Source: Candidatus Latescibacterota bacterium (lineage in GTDB: Bacteria > Latescibacterota > UBA2968 > GCA-2709665). Taken from it: a stretch of DNA of 64,000 nt. The stretch is from contig OZ250150.1 of NCBI GenBank assembly GCA_965237675.1, positions 3,520,001-3,584,000 of the forward strand, read 5' to 3'. The translations under genes and the position numbers were made by a program. The first letter of the stretch is position 1; every line of letters starts with the position of its first letter. Below are positions 49,226 through 60,300 of the stretch, piece after piece. The notes beneath the pieces were generated by a model. That model was given only the letters and a program-made list of their open reading frames with translations. It was not told the DNA's origin and did not search any database.

Positions 49226-50205
49226 TGAAATACCGCACGCTTGGACAAACCGGACTGGAGGTTTCTGAAATCGGGTTGGGCGCATTTCCGATATCCGGGA
49301 TGCAGCGGCAGGCGGATGGCAAGCGGTTCGGATGGACCGGAACAGAGGATTCCGAGTCGATTGCGCTGATTCATCGGTGCGAGGAACTCGGGATCAATCT
49401 GATTGATTCCGCTGAGAGTTATGGCGAGGGGCACAGCGAAGTCCTGGTGGGAGAGGCCCTTCGGGGCCGGAGAGACAGGTGGGTCGTGGCATCCAAGGTC
49501 CAGCCGAACGCGGGGATTGACTCCGGTACGCGGGATGAGTTGGCCGTGCGGATCAGGATTACAGAGGCGTGTGAGCGAAGCCTGGATCGGATGGGAATGG
49601 AGTACATCGACATCTACCAGTTGCACGCCATTCCCTACGACTGGGCGATGCCGGCGGTAATGGATGCGCTCGCGAGGCTCCGACAGGCGGGGAAGGTGCG
49701 GTGGTACGGAATTTCGACCAACGACCGGCGAGCGGTCGATAAGCTCCGGTCACTGGGTCCAATTCATATGTTGCAGGTCGGCTATAATCTCCTGGAACGC
49801 ACGGCGGACGGGTTTCTACACTGGGCGAAGGCCGAGGATATCGGCACGTTGATTCGCGTGCCACTGGCAAAGGGGCAACTGACGGGCAAGTATTTCGGCG
49901 CCGGGGCTGACGTCATCCCCGAAAACGACGTGCGATACGAACGCTTCAATAAACCGGAGACGGTCGATGGGCTCAAGCGGCTGCCGCAGCTGCTGTTCCT
50001 GCAAAACCGGCAACGAACCATGGCGCAGGGGGCGCTGCGTTTTGTGCTGGATCACCCGGGGGTGTCTTGCGTCATCGCCGGGGCCAAAAACCGGCGCCAG
50101 GTGGAGGAGAACGCCCGTACCGTAGAAATGCCGCCGTTGACCGATGCGGAGCTCCAACGGGCGATCCCGATCGCGGATACCATTGGTACGCCCGGCTGGA
50201 TCTGA
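49225..50205 (+). CDS. Aldo/keto reductase
   Basis: MKYRTLGQTGLEVSEIGLG, IDSAESYG, ASK, IDIYQLH, PLAKGQLTGK; GAGGAGG RBS. Confidence 0.95.
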   Translation: MKYRTLGQTGLEVSEIGLGAFPISGMQRQADGKRFGWTGTEDSESIALIHRCEELGINLIDSAESYGEGHSEVLVGEALRGRRDRWVVASKVQPNAGIDSGTRDELAVRIRITEACERSLDRMGMEYIDIYQLHAIPYDWAMPAVMDALARLRQAGKVRWYGISTNDRRAVDKLRSLGPIHMLQVGYNLLERTADGFLHWAKAEDIGTLIRVPLAKGQLTGKYFGAGADVIPENDVRYERFNKPETVDGLKRLPQLLFLQNRQRTMAQGALRFVLDHPGVSCVIAGAKNRRQVEENARTVEMPPLTDAELQRAIPIADTIGTPGWI

Positions 50206-50325
50206 TGTCAACATTCCCGGGCGAACCGGCCTTAACGGCATGCCGGTATACACAGAAGAACAATGGTGATTTGACGTAAAAGTTCCAGGATGCTTAAGGT
50301 CACTCGACGTGAACGGAGAAAACAT

Positions 50326-50383
50326 CCATTTGAACGACCTAAATGCCCCGTTTCTGAAGTTTTCGCCGTGGTGTCGCCCTGCT
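50326..50383 (+). repeat. 58-bp imperfect direct repeat, left copy
   Basis: CCATTTGAACGACCTAAATGCCCCGTTTCTGAAGTTTTCGCCGTGGTGTCGCCCTGCT; 53/58 identical to 55239-55296. Confidence 0.9.
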
Positions 50384-51177
50384 GGTTTTTTTTATCCACC
50401 TCCACCATTCTCTTCCAACCCCCCACCGCCCGTGGGCTCCCCAACCTGTCTCGCTACGCTCGCCAGTTCGTATCAGCGATAAAACTCCTCGACAGCCTCC
50501 GCCACTGACTTTAGTTCAGCAAGGGCTTGAAATGCCTCGTGAGGAAATGCCGTGCCGTGCCCAGGGGATGGCAGAAAACTCCGGAGGGCGATTTCCCCAT
50601 GTGGGCCAGCGAAGTCTATGTTGTGGATCTCCGGTATTATAAGACTGATCCACCGTTGAGCCCTGAGGCAGAAAGTACGTGGTTGTTCTTTAGATATAGT
50701 AAACCAGAACGAATGGCTCCACGTCGAGTGCGATAAATCGTGTTTTGCTGAAAGGGACAGTAGATTACTACCGTCTCTTGCTATATATACGCTAATCAGT
50801 AGGGAACAAAATGCGCTGCTTCTTATTGATTTTCGTAATACTATACCCTTACCAAGCCCTCACCTGGGCAAATGAAATACAACCCTGCTCGGTGATTGAG
50901 TTTGACGATTATCCAGAAGTTGCCGCAAAACAGACCCTTAATTTGGATGTAGGTCCACCGCGCAAGGTTCGTTTGATCTATTTTCATTATAGAGATCGGC
51001 CTGTGCGCAGTCACGTAATTATTGGTATGCGCGAAACGATTCTAACCGCCCAGAGTCGTTTTGGTCAGCACATGCAAGCTCGACGTTTAGGGTATAAAAC
51101 CTTTGATATTGAACTTACAAATCAGAATGTACCACGTGTGTATATAGTAAAGAGTCAAGAATTGAGTTATCACTATA

Positions 51178-52399
51178 GTACCCATTGACGGCTAAAGCGC
51201 CGCGTAGTCTGGGTACAGCTTTCTCAGTTTGATCCGAGCATCGTTGGTCGTGAACCGCCAATGGACAGCCTTGCTTTTGTTGTTGCGATCGTTCGTCCAG
51301 GCGGAAATCTGCTCTTTGAGGGATTCAATATCGGGGATGCGTTCCTTCAAGCATTGGTTGCTCAAGACGCTGAGTTCGATCTCGGCGATGTTGAGCCAGC
51401 TCCCGTGTTTGGGCGTGTAGTGGATTTCGAGACGCTTGGCCAGACGGCGAGCTTCTTCGGGTGAGAACGCCTTGTAGAGTGCCGCGGGCGTGTGCGTGTT
51501 GAGGTTATCACACACCAAGACGACGGTTTCGGCTTCACGGTAGTGAGTATCAAGGAGATCCTTGATCTCTTGGGCCCAGTCCACCGCGGTCTTGCGTTGT
51601 CTTACACGGACCTTGCGCCAGCCCGCCAGCGGTTCGGTGAACATGAAGTTCACGGCGGTTCCGTTACGTTCATACTCGTAGTCGTAGCGTTCAGGTTTGC
51701 CCGGACGTGTTGCGATCACAGTACGCGTCTCCCTGACCAACTGGACCGGGTGTTCGTCCATATTGACAACGGGCCTCTTGGCGTCGTACGGCCGCTGATA
51801 GACGTCCAGGATATCCTCCATCGCGGCGACAAACGCGGCGTTTTGCTTGGGCGGAATCACCCAGCACGTTCTCAGGTGAGGCCTAAGTTTGTTTTTTTTA
51901 GCGTCCGCTGCACCGTTCGGTATGAGATGCTATCGATGATCTCCAGGGCCACGAGTTCATCGGCCAGCAGCTTCAGCGTCCACCGCTTATGTCCCTTTGG
52001 AGGTTCACTGCAAGCCAACGCGATCAATCGGGCTTCCTTAGCACCATCCAGCTTTCTTTCGGTGGGAGGATGGGCTCGCTTCTTTCGCTCAAGGGCCGAA
52101 TCCAGGCCCTCCAACACAAAACGCTTCCGGATGCCCTCAACCGTAGACCGATTGCACGAAAAGGCCTCCGCGATCTGCCGATCCAGCCAAGCCGGACCCT
52201 CTGCATCGGCCTTGAGAAGTACGTGGGCGTGCCTTATTCGGTAGGCTTGCGTCTTGCCTTTGCTTACCAGATCCTGCAGCCGCTCCCGTTCTTCGGGCGT
52301 CAGACGTACAACGTATTTCTTCGGCATGCCGATGGCTCCTTCGTCTTGAGGGGAGACATCAAACTATAGGCACGCGCAGTATTAGAAGTCAACAGGTAA
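51178..52399 (-). mobile_element. IS630-family insertion sequence
   Basis: TA duplication (51176-77, 52400-01); imperfect TIRs GTACCCATTGAC and TTACCTGTTGAC; two-ORF transposase. Confidence 0.93.
51192..52327 (-). CDS. IS630 transposase (HTH orfA plus DDE orfB joined by a -1 frameshift)
   Basis: orfA 52327-51872 (RWTLKLLADE); orfB MDE...CDN...NIAEIE; A8 run at 51899-51892 gives KKNKLRPH in the -1 frame. Confidence 0.93.
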
Positions 52400-55084
52400 T
52401 AGAGAGGATACACTTACACCTGTACTCGACGAATTGGAAACAAGATACGATTTAACCAAAAATATTTATTTTATCGTAATTGACAACAGGGAGCGTTGGA
52501 TTGCGCGTGGTGAAGGGAGACGGTCGGGGGGCATAGGTGGGCGACACGGTAAGGCTGGGGGGATTGCAGTGATGCCTACTGAGTATAGTGTAGATACTGC
52601 GATGCACGAACTAGGACACGCGTTTTCTCTCCATCACGATTTCAGTGATCGTCGATACTTAATGTCCTATGAGCGAGATCGTGACAGATTATCGGTTTGC
52701 TCTGCACAGTTGTTATCTGTGCATCCGCATTTCAACAGGGATATTCCCGTACATCAATTGAGTGAGGATAAAGGGCCTCTGCGTACCTTGACTTCATCTT
52801 ATGAATATATACTCGATACCACACCCGTTCCTATTCGTATAAGAGCGACAGATCCTGACGGTATTCACCAGGTGGTATTGTTTGTTGAAACTGGTAGTTT
52901 ACACCAAGCGGCGGGATTCTTAGAAGTTAAGTCTTTTGAATTGTATCGAGGGCGTGAGAACATTACCGTTTCCTTTGATTATGATGGTAAGGTTCCTTCT
53001 CATTTGGCACAAGGGCACAGTTATCCTACCCCAACACCCTTGCGCGGTCGTCAGAGATTCTTTCTTTATTTCTATGACCGATTAGGTAACAGGGGTGTGA
53101 TGCATTTTGAGTTGTTGTCTATTCCGTCCCGGCGCGAGGTTAAGTTTATCCACAGTAATTCGCACATTAGTGTGGGTGATCGAGTGGCTCCACTTATCGT
53201 TACTTCTGTAGCTTTTTCGCCTGACGGTAGATATGTTGCTTCGGGTTCTGGTAAGGGCGAGGTTAAATTGTGGGACTTGGACCGGAAACGGAATATCTGG
53301 ACAAAGAAACATGGTAACTCTGTAGGGGCTTTAGCGTTTTCGCCGGACGGTAAGGTCTTGGCTTCCGGTGGTTCTGAAGGTACAGTCAAGTTCTGGAATA
53401 TGGCTTCGGGCACGGACGCTCGAATATTGCAAACCGCTACTGTCGAAAAATCTATTCGTGCGTTGGTTTTCGCTCCTGATGCTACTTTTCTTTATGCCGG
53501 TTTAACACGCAATAAAATTGTTTTCTGGAATCTAACGAAAGGGGCCGTGACCTACGGCCTTTCTTATATCGGAATGGGTAATGTCAATTCACTTGCCCTG
53601 TCTCCAGACGGCACAACACTTATTTCTGGTTCGGGAGATGGGAAAATACGCGCTTGGCGCCATCGCTCTGGAGATGAGGACTTACAAGAACTGTGGGCGA
53701 TTAACGCACATACGGAATCCGTACACTCTGTAGCATTTGCGCCCGATGGCAATTCAATTGCCTCTGCAGGATTAGAGACAGACCCAAGCGTTACGGTTCG
53801 AGAGAATACCCGTACGAGCGATCGGACAGACAGCGTTGTTAAGTTTTGGGATTTTAATACTCGAAGGCAACTGGGCACTATTGAAACGGATACTCGACCA
53901 GGCTTTTCCTACCAGGTGCGGTCGATAGATTATTCACCCAGTGGAAAACAACTGGCTGTAGGGTCTTGGGACAATACGGTGAAGTTGTATGGCACACAGA
54001 CCCCTTTTCGTGAGATCGTTAATCTTGGCTATCACAATAAGCCGGGTGGGTGTGTTGGTTTCGTCTACTCTGTTGATTTTGCCGCAAGTGGAACTTTGTT
54101 GGCTTCCGGAACATTAACCGGTAGTTGCGGAGGTTACGTGGGTTCGACTAAACCGTTTTTTGGTGAAGTTCATTTGTGGAATATGGAAGGCTTGGGGACG
54201 GGCACTCGTTGGACAAATTTCAATATGTATCTGGACGGAAATTTAGCGCCCGGTAATCACGCGGTCTCCGCGTTAGACGTGGCTCCTGGAACTACCGTTA
54301 CTCTACAGGTTCTACTTTATTATGTTCCCAGGGCAAAGGGCGTTAAGTTTAGCATAGAGTATGATGCTAAACAACTTGAGTTTCAAGGTTTCAAGCCCAG
54401 TAACCTTTTGCCAAATGCTCAGGTATTAATTACACATCACGAGAATCCCAATGCCGTTGAAATTAATCTTGTCTCTTTCGATGGCGAAATTACAGATGGC
54501 CAAGGTGGTACACTGGGTGAGCTTTCTTTTACCAGCCGGGAGGAATTTACCGGAACAACAATCCGATTGACCCAGGCCGAAGTTGGACAAGCCGACCAGA
54601 CAGAAAGCAAGAACTTTACGAATCGGACAATGGTGTTGAATCTTAAAGAAACAACGCCTTCGGCTGATTTCAACAAGGATGGCGTTGTAAATTTCGCCGA
54701 TTTCTTAGCTTTTGGGGAGCACTTCGGACGCAAGAAAGGTCAACCGGGGTGGGATGCGAAATATGATTTGGACAGCAATGGCGAGATCGGATTTGGGGAT
54801 TTCTTGATCTTTGGGGCATCGTTCGGAGCGTGAATTAAATTACTCGGAACAACGCCATGACTTAGTCAGAGATTCCCCCATATTACTGAGCACCTCGCCG
54901 CTTACAGCTGCCTGACGATACGGTACTTGCTGACAACCGTATAACTAAAGGCCCGGACTGGACGAGCGTAAGCCAAGATAAAGGCTGCCTGGGCTAATAG
55001 ACAAGTAACTTAAACATAAAGGGCAATTAGGTGGGATTGAGGATAGCGAGGAACAGTGGGGGCCTTTGGTTATTGACGTCAGTT

Positions 55085-55223
55085 GCCACAAAAGGCACAA
55101 AAACAGTTATCCTGTTACCGGGCCTAAAGCGACAAGAAAAAGCGAAATAATCTCAGGATCACGGCGTTACAACACACGCCGTTCAGCACCTGTACCTTCT
55201 GTGTCTTTTGTGCGTTTTGTGGC
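55085..55223. repeat. REP/MITE-like inverted repeat element
   Basis: GCCACAAAAGGCACAAAA (55085-102) and TTTTGTGCGTTTTGTGGC (55206-223), 17/18 complementary. Confidence 0.7.
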
Positions 55224-55238
55224 CAATTAAAAGGTTAA

Positions 55239-55296
55239 CCATTTGAACGACCTTAATACCGCGTTTCTGAAGTTTTCGTCGTGGTGTCGCCTTGCT
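55239..55296 (+). repeat. 58-bp imperfect direct repeat, right copy
   Basis: CCATTTGAACGACCTTAATACCGCGTTTCTGAAGTTTTCGTCGTGGTGTCGCCTTGCT. Confidence 0.9.
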
Positions 55297-55338
55297 ATTT
55301 TTTAAATTGAGGTTAGGCGGCGATTCTGGAGATCGCGA

Positions 55339-56601
55339 ATGTCTTCTGCAGTCCGGATTGGTGTGATCGGTTGCGGCCGCATCCTGAATGCGCATTTACG
55401 TGGGTATGGGATTCTACAGGAAAATGGATTCGGGGATCTCTTCAGGGTGACGGCACTCTGCGCGAGGAGAACCGAGGATGCCCTCCGGTTTCGGACGCGG
55501 GGCGAAGGGCCCGGACCCAGACCGGCGCCAGTGGAGGCGCCGGGTGACCCCTTGAACGCGCCGCACGTCTATATAAGCGATCTGCATCCCGGTCAGGAAA
55601 CGGCGATCTTTATAGGTTATCGCGAAATGCTTGAACACGGACCGGTCGACGCAGTGTGCGTCCTGACGGGGCACGATACCCATCACACCATCGCCATCGA
55701 TGCGATGCGGGCCGGCAAGCATGTGACGGTTGAGAAGCCCATGGCGATTTCGGTCAGGGCCGCACAGCGGATGTGCGAAGTGGCATCCGATACCGACACG
55801 GTGTTGAGCGTTGCGGAGAATGTGAACTTCAATCCGGCGGTCCGGGCGAACCGATGGGCCGTCAGGCGGGGATTGATCGGCAACGTGCAGATGGTCTACC
55901 GCGGAGCGATCGGGTTCAGGTCTCACCGGCCGGATCTGGTTGCCGCCCGTACGCCGTGGAGGCAGTCAAAGCTGGGTGCCGGCGGCGGGGTCTCCATTGA
56001 TCTGGGTGTGCATCTCTTTAACGGCGTGCGGTCGATTTGCGGACCGGTGCATTCGGTGCAGGCCGTGTGGCGGATTCTCGAGCCGATGCGGGTGTTGATG
56101 TCGGACGACGACCGCAGGATCGCGGATGAGGTCGAGAACCAGGTCGACGACGTGTTCTTTTCGAATTTCAGGCTTGCAAACGGAGCAATCGGGCATATGG
56201 CCGTGGCACGCAGCGCAAGAGGCACGCAGATTGGGGTGCCGGGAGGTACCAATGTTTTCGGCAGCAGGGGGGCGTTGTCCGACGGAAAGATCTTCACCGA
56301 GGATCGGGCGGAGGAAGACGTTATCGAGCGTTTCCAACGGGAGGCCCCGGAAAAGGAACTGGCCGAAGCGATGCCCGCCGGGATCACGGATGCATTCGCG
56401 TTGGAGAACCTGAACTGGCTGCGGGCTATACACGACGGGTCGCCGGTGCGGATGTCGGGCGAGGAGGGAACGATAGACCTGGCGTTGAGCTATGCGATTC
56501 TGGAGTCCGGACTGCTGGAACGGGAGGTGACACTGGATGAAATGTTGCTCGGCGAGGTGGCCGGATACCAGCGGGCAATCGACGAACACTACGGGTTGTA
56601 G
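55339..56601 (+). CDS. Gfo/Idh/MocA family oxidoreductase
   Basis: IGVIGCG, AGKHVTVEKP, VAEN, DLGVH. Confidence 0.92.
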   Translation: MSSAVRIGVIGCGRILNAHLRGYGILQENGFGDLFRVTALCARRTEDALRFRTRGEGPGPRPAPVEAPGDPLNAPHVYISDLHPGQETAIFIGYREMLEHGPVDAVCVLTGHDTHHTIAIDAMRAGKHVTVEKPMAISVRAAQRMCEVASDTDTVLSVAENVNFNPAVRANRWAVRRGLIGNVQMVYRGAIGFRSHRPDLVAARTPWRQSKLGAGGGVSIDLGVHLFNGVRSICGPVHSVQAVWRILEPMRVLMSDDDRRIADEVENQVDDVFFSNFRLANGAIGHMAVARSARGTQIGVPGGTNVFGSRGALSDGKIFTEDRAEEDVIERFQREAPEKELAEAMPAGITDAFALENLNWLRAIHDGSPVRMSGEEGTIDLALSYAILESGLLEREVTLDEMLLGEVAGYQRAIDEHYGL

Positions 56602-56703
56602 GGGCACTCGTGCACGAGGCCATTCGGCTGATTGCGTACGAGTGCGGAACCGCTGGCATCGGCATACCGGCCACGCAATTCCTTTCGCACCCGGACTGGA
56701 GTG

Positions 56704-57282
56704 TCAGCGTTTTTCGATTTCTATGTTGCGGAACCAGATCCGGCTATTGTGGTCCTGAAGGCCGATGTAGCCGACTTCGGTCATTTCACAGTATGCCCGG
56801 TTGAATTTGTTGGGCGTGCCGTCGGGGTTCCGGTTCGGGGTGGTCCAGCGGCTGAGGTCCATGTCGATGATTTGCTGCCCATTTAGGGTGACGCGGATCA
56901 TGTCGTCGTTGGCCTCGAGGATCATGTGATTCCATTCGCCCGCGGGTTTGCATGTGTTGTGCGTCGGGGCCTGTAAATCATAGACTGCGCCGCAGCATTT
57001 GGTGGTAGCGGGCTCACGACCATAAGTATCCAGAATTTGGATTTCAATACCGGTTTGCACGGGGTTGTCCGGATCGGTCCAGCGGAAGAATACGCCGCTG
57101 TTGGCTCCGGGCGGGTGTTTGAACTCAAGCGATAGTTCGAAATTCTTGAATTGGTCTTTCGTGTAATACAGGTATTTGCCGTTTTCTGCGGTACAGAAGA
57201 TACAGCCGTGATCTACGGTCCAACCTCCGGGATTTTCGGTGGCAGCCCAGCCGTTGAGGGTCTTGCCGTCGAAGAGTTGCAT
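56704..57282 (-). CDS. DUF1080 (3-keto-disaccharide hydrolase-like) protein, no signal peptide
   Basis: LFDGKTLNGW, NSGVFFR, EIQILD, GEWN, GYIGLQDH, FRNI; GGAGG RBS. Confidence 0.93.
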   Translation of the reverse strand: MQLFDGKTLNGWAATENPGGWTVDHGCIFCTAENGKYLYYTKDQFKNFELSLEFKHPPGANSGVFFRWTDPDNPVQTGIEIQILDTYGREPATTKCCGAVYDLQAPTHNTCKPAGEWNHMILEANDDMIRVTLNGQQIIDMDLSRWTTPNRNPDGTPNKFNRAYCEMTEVGYIGLQDHNSRIWFRNIEIEKR

Positions 57283-57535
57283 GTTGCCTCCTTCCAGTAT
57301 GCGATTGCGAGGGGTCCTGCGAAACGGCCGACGCTTTGCTGCCGATTGAACACCTTGGCCATTTCATCTAGTGGCACTTGCCCAATCGCGAAATATCGGG
57401 TTGCCAATGCCTGGGAGCCTCTCTATCGCGTCGCCTATTGGGAACGCGGGAACATTTAAAAGGCAATATCTGTCAAATTGGATGAAAAACAAGATGAAAG
57501 TCACACTATTGAGGAGGATGAAAAACAAGATTCAC

Positions 57536-58837
57536 ATGGTTGGACGAATGTTCCGCATGGTATGTATCCTTGCACTCTTTCCGCTGGACATTTGCGCGGA
57601 TAATTGGCCGCAGTGGCGCGGTCCGCAGCAAAATGGGGTGGGTTCGGCCAGGAATCTGCCCGCGTCATGGAGTCTTGAAAAAAATATCATCTGGAAGACC
57701 GAATTGCCTTCATGGAGCGGTAGCACGCCCATTATCTGGGAAGATCGCATTTTTCTGACTTCTCCGTCACCTGCGCAGAGGCCGGAAGAACGGGAGCCGG
57801 GCGGGCCGGAGATTTATATTCTGTGTCTGTCGAGAAAAGACGGCGGTGAACGCTGGCGGTACAAGTTGGATGAGGGCAATGTTCTTTGGCGCAAACACAA
57901 CAACTCGTCGCCTTCGCCCGTTACGGACGGCGCGCATGTGTGGGTGGTTACGGGCAACGGCGTCGTGACGTGTCTGGATATGGATGGAAAGGCGGTCTGG
58001 ACGCGCAATCTACAAGAGGACTACGGCAGCTTTGGCCTGAATTTCGGGTATGCGTCGTCTCCGATTCTGTGCGATGACAAGCTCATCCTGCAGGTGCTTC
58101 ACGGAATGCGCACGGATGATCCCTCGTATATCGTCGCGTTGGACGCCAAAAATGGAAAGGAAGTCTGGCGCGAAGAGCGTGCGACAGGTGCTTTGCGGGA
58201 GTCTCCCGATTCGTACACGACCCCCGCGCTGTTGAAGCATGATGGCAAGACTCAGATTGTCATTACGGGCGGGGACTGTGTGACGGGGCACGATCCGGAT
58301 ACCGGGCGTGAAATCTGGCGGGCTAATGGGTTGAATCCCGAGCAGAGGGGTAATTATCGGATTGTGGCGTCCCCGGTAGTGGTCGGCGGTATGATTTATG
58401 CGCCGACCCGGAAACGTCCCTTGCTGGCGCTTTCTGCCGGAGGTACGGGCGACGTTTCCAGCAATGTGGTGTGGAAGTGGGAGGGCGCTGCCGCGCCTGA
58501 TGTGCCTACGCCGGTCTGCGATGGGAGGTACTTTTATATGGTTGATGATCGCGGCCGGGCAATGTGTCTCGACGCTAAGACCGGTGCCGTGGTGTGGGGG
58601 CCCGAGAGGACGGCGCAGGGGGCTGTGAGCGCGTCACCCCATCTGGCTGATGGCAAGTTGTTTCTGCTGAATGAATATGCTGTGACGACTGTCCTGGCCG
58701 CTGGCCCGGAGTTCGAGGTTTTGGCGACCAATGAACTGGACGGTAGTTACACGCTGTCATCGCCCGTGTCTTCCGGATCACAGCTTTTTATTCGGACGGC
58801 GACGCATTTGTATTGTATCGGGTATAATACCGATTAA
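57536..58837 (+). CDS. Secreted PQQ-binding-like beta-propeller repeat protein
   Basis: Signal then DNWPQWRGP, NIIWKTELP, STPIIW, SPSPVTDG, ASSP; start uncertain (57518/57536/57548). Confidence 0.9.
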   Translation: MVGRMFRMVCILALFPLDICADNWPQWRGPQQNGVGSARNLPASWSLEKNIIWKTELPSWSGSTPIIWEDRIFLTSPSPAQRPEEREPGGPEIYILCLSRKDGGERWRYKLDEGNVLWRKHNNSSPSPVTDGAHVWVVTGNGVVTCLDMDGKAVWTRNLQEDYGSFGLNFGYASSPILCDDKLILQVLHGMRTDDPSYIVALDAKNGKEVWREERATGALRESPDSYTTPALLKHDGKTQIVITGGDCVTGHDPDTGREIWRANGLNPEQRGNYRIVASPVVVGGMIYAPTRKRPLLALSAGGTGDVSSNVVWKWEGAAAPDVPTPVCDGRYFYMVDDRGRAMCLDAKTGAVVWGPERTAQGAVSASPHLADGKLFLLNEYAVTTVLAAGPEFEVLATNELDGSYTLSSPVSSGSQLFIRTATHLYCIGYNTD

Positions 58838-58982
58838 GAATTGGCCCTGATCCCGAAAATTCCGGGCGGCATTTCGTAGGCCTGCGCAGATTATTCGGTA
58901 CCGGGTTTCCATTTCCGTCGAACGCCGTCCGACTTTCGCTTTTCGGCGTTTGTGAATCCAAATTCGCGAAATTGGATAGGCG

Positions 58983-59010
58983 TTGACAGGGGGTTGCAGA
59001 ATCATATATT
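58983..59010 (+). promoter_or_regulatory. Sigma70-type promoter
   Basis: TTGACA (58983-88), 16 nt, TATATT (59005-10). Confidence 0.5.
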
Positions 59011-59060
59011 GAACCGTTTCAGATTCGGACTCGAAAAAGGACTGGGAAAAGGGGGATATT

Positions 59061-60230
59061 ATGGCCACGCGATTGAATATCGGGCTGTTGGGATATTCGT
59101 TTATGGGCAAGGCCCACAGCAATGCGTTCCGTAAGGTATCGATGTTTTTTCCGGATACGGGCATCGAGCCGGTCATGAAGGTGATTTGCGGTTCGAACAG
59201 GGACAACGTGGCGGCGGCGGCACGGACGTTCGGATGGGAGGAATACCATACGAATTGGGAGGACGTGGTTGCGCGGGATGATATTGACGTGATCGATATC
59301 TGTACCCCCGGAAATCTGCATATGCCTATGGCGATTGCCGCCCTGGAAGCCGGCAAGCATGTCATCTGTGAAAAACCCCTTGCGAATAACCTGCAAGAGG
59401 CCATGTCGATGCTACGGGCAGCCGAGAATTCCGACAAGAAGACAATTGTCGCGTACAACTATCGGCGAGTGCCGGCGGTCGCCCTCGCGAGACAGTTGAT
59501 TGAAGAGGGGCGGATCGGTCAGATCTATCACTGGCGCGCGGTGTATCTTCAGGACTGGATTATCGACCCGGGTTTTCCTATGGTGTGGCGTTTCGAGAAG
59601 GACGTGGCAGGTTCCGGACCGCACGGAGATTTGAATGCGCATATTATCGACCTGGCGCTGCATCTCGTAGGGGGTATCGATTCCGTCGTCGGGGCGGATA
59701 CGACGTTCATCAAGGAACGGCCGCTGGCGGCGTCGATCGATGCGTCGCTGGGTGCAACGGGTGGGTCGTCCGACCGGATGGGAACCGTCACGGTGGACGA
59801 TGCAACCCTTTTTCTGGCTCGATTCAACAACGGCGCGTTGGGTTCTTTTGAAGCCACCCGGTTCGCGGCCGGAAGGCGAAACCACAATCGATTCGAAATC
59901 AACGGAAGCAAAGGCAGTCTCGCCTTCAATCTCGAGAAGATGAACGAACTGCAATTTTATTCACGGGAGGATGAGGGGCATATTCAGGGGTTCCGAGAGA
60001 TTATCGTGAACGAGGGCATACATCCGTACATTTCGGCCTGGTGGCCGCCGGGCCATATCGTCGGGTGGGAACACACGTTTGTGCATGAGGTGAAGGATTT
60101 CTTTGAAGCGATCGCCAACGACCGGGAGGCTTCGCCGAATTTCAGAGAAGGCACCAGGGTCCAGGCCGTGCTGGAGGCAGCCAGCGATTCGGCGAAATCG
60201 GGCCGGTGGCACGACGTCCCTGGCGTGTAA
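59061..60230 (+). CDS. Gfo/Idh/MocA family oxidoreductase (sugar 3-dehydrogenase-like)
   Basis: [46 protein letters not shown]. Confidence 0.95.
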   Translation: MATRLNIGLLGYSFMGKAHSNAFRKVSMFFPDTGIEPVMKVICGSNRDNVAAAARTFGWEEYHTNWEDVVARDDIDVIDICTPGNLHMPMAIAALEAGKHVICEKPLANNLQEAMSMLRAAENSDKKTIVAYNYRRVPAVALARQLIEEGRIGQIYHWRAVYLQDWIIDPGFPMVWRFEKDVAGSGPHGDLNAHIIDLALHLVGGIDSVVGADTTFIKERPLAASIDASLGATGGSSDRMGTVTVDDATLFLARFNNGALGSFEATRFAAGRRNHNRFEINGSKGSLAFNLEKMNELQFYSREDEGHIQGFREIIVNEGIHPYISAWWPPGHIVGWEHTFVHEVKDFFEAIANDREASPNFREGTRVQAVLEAASDSAKSGRWHDVPGV

Positions 60231-60300
60231 CCCCCGTTCCAGCCGCCCGCGCATCGCGCAGGGAGAACCGGGGCTGGGGCCATTGGAAGGAGAGTTGGAT

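Larger units (their letters stand above)
50811..54833 (+). pseudogene. Secreted zinc metallopeptidase / WD40 / cohesin-like / dockerin-like protein interrupted by IS630
   Basis: Removing 51178-52401 fuses the frames (HY-R-EDTLTPVLDELETRY) into about 932 aa; HELGHAFSLHH; WD40 repeats (VAFSPDG...LWD); tail DFNKDGVVNFADF...DLDSNGEIGFGDF. Confidence 0.88.

Noticed and set aside
50326-50383. c-di-GMP-I riboswitch or hammerhead ribozyme reading of the 58-bp repeat
   Set aside because: GGCGAAA is not followed by a GNRA hairpin and GACGCAAA, and CUGAAGU does not match the hammerhead CUGANGA core.
50473-50760. Start-less minus-strand open frame (...SPGHGTAFPHEAFQALAELKSVAEAVEEFYR) and short plus-strand stems at 50543-50596
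   Set aside because: Could be a gene remnant or chance pairing; neither reading can be supported from the sequence alone.
57480-57531. 16-nt duplication GGATGAAAAACAAGAT
   Set aside because: Only two copies at a gene start; a local duplication rather than a CRISPR array.
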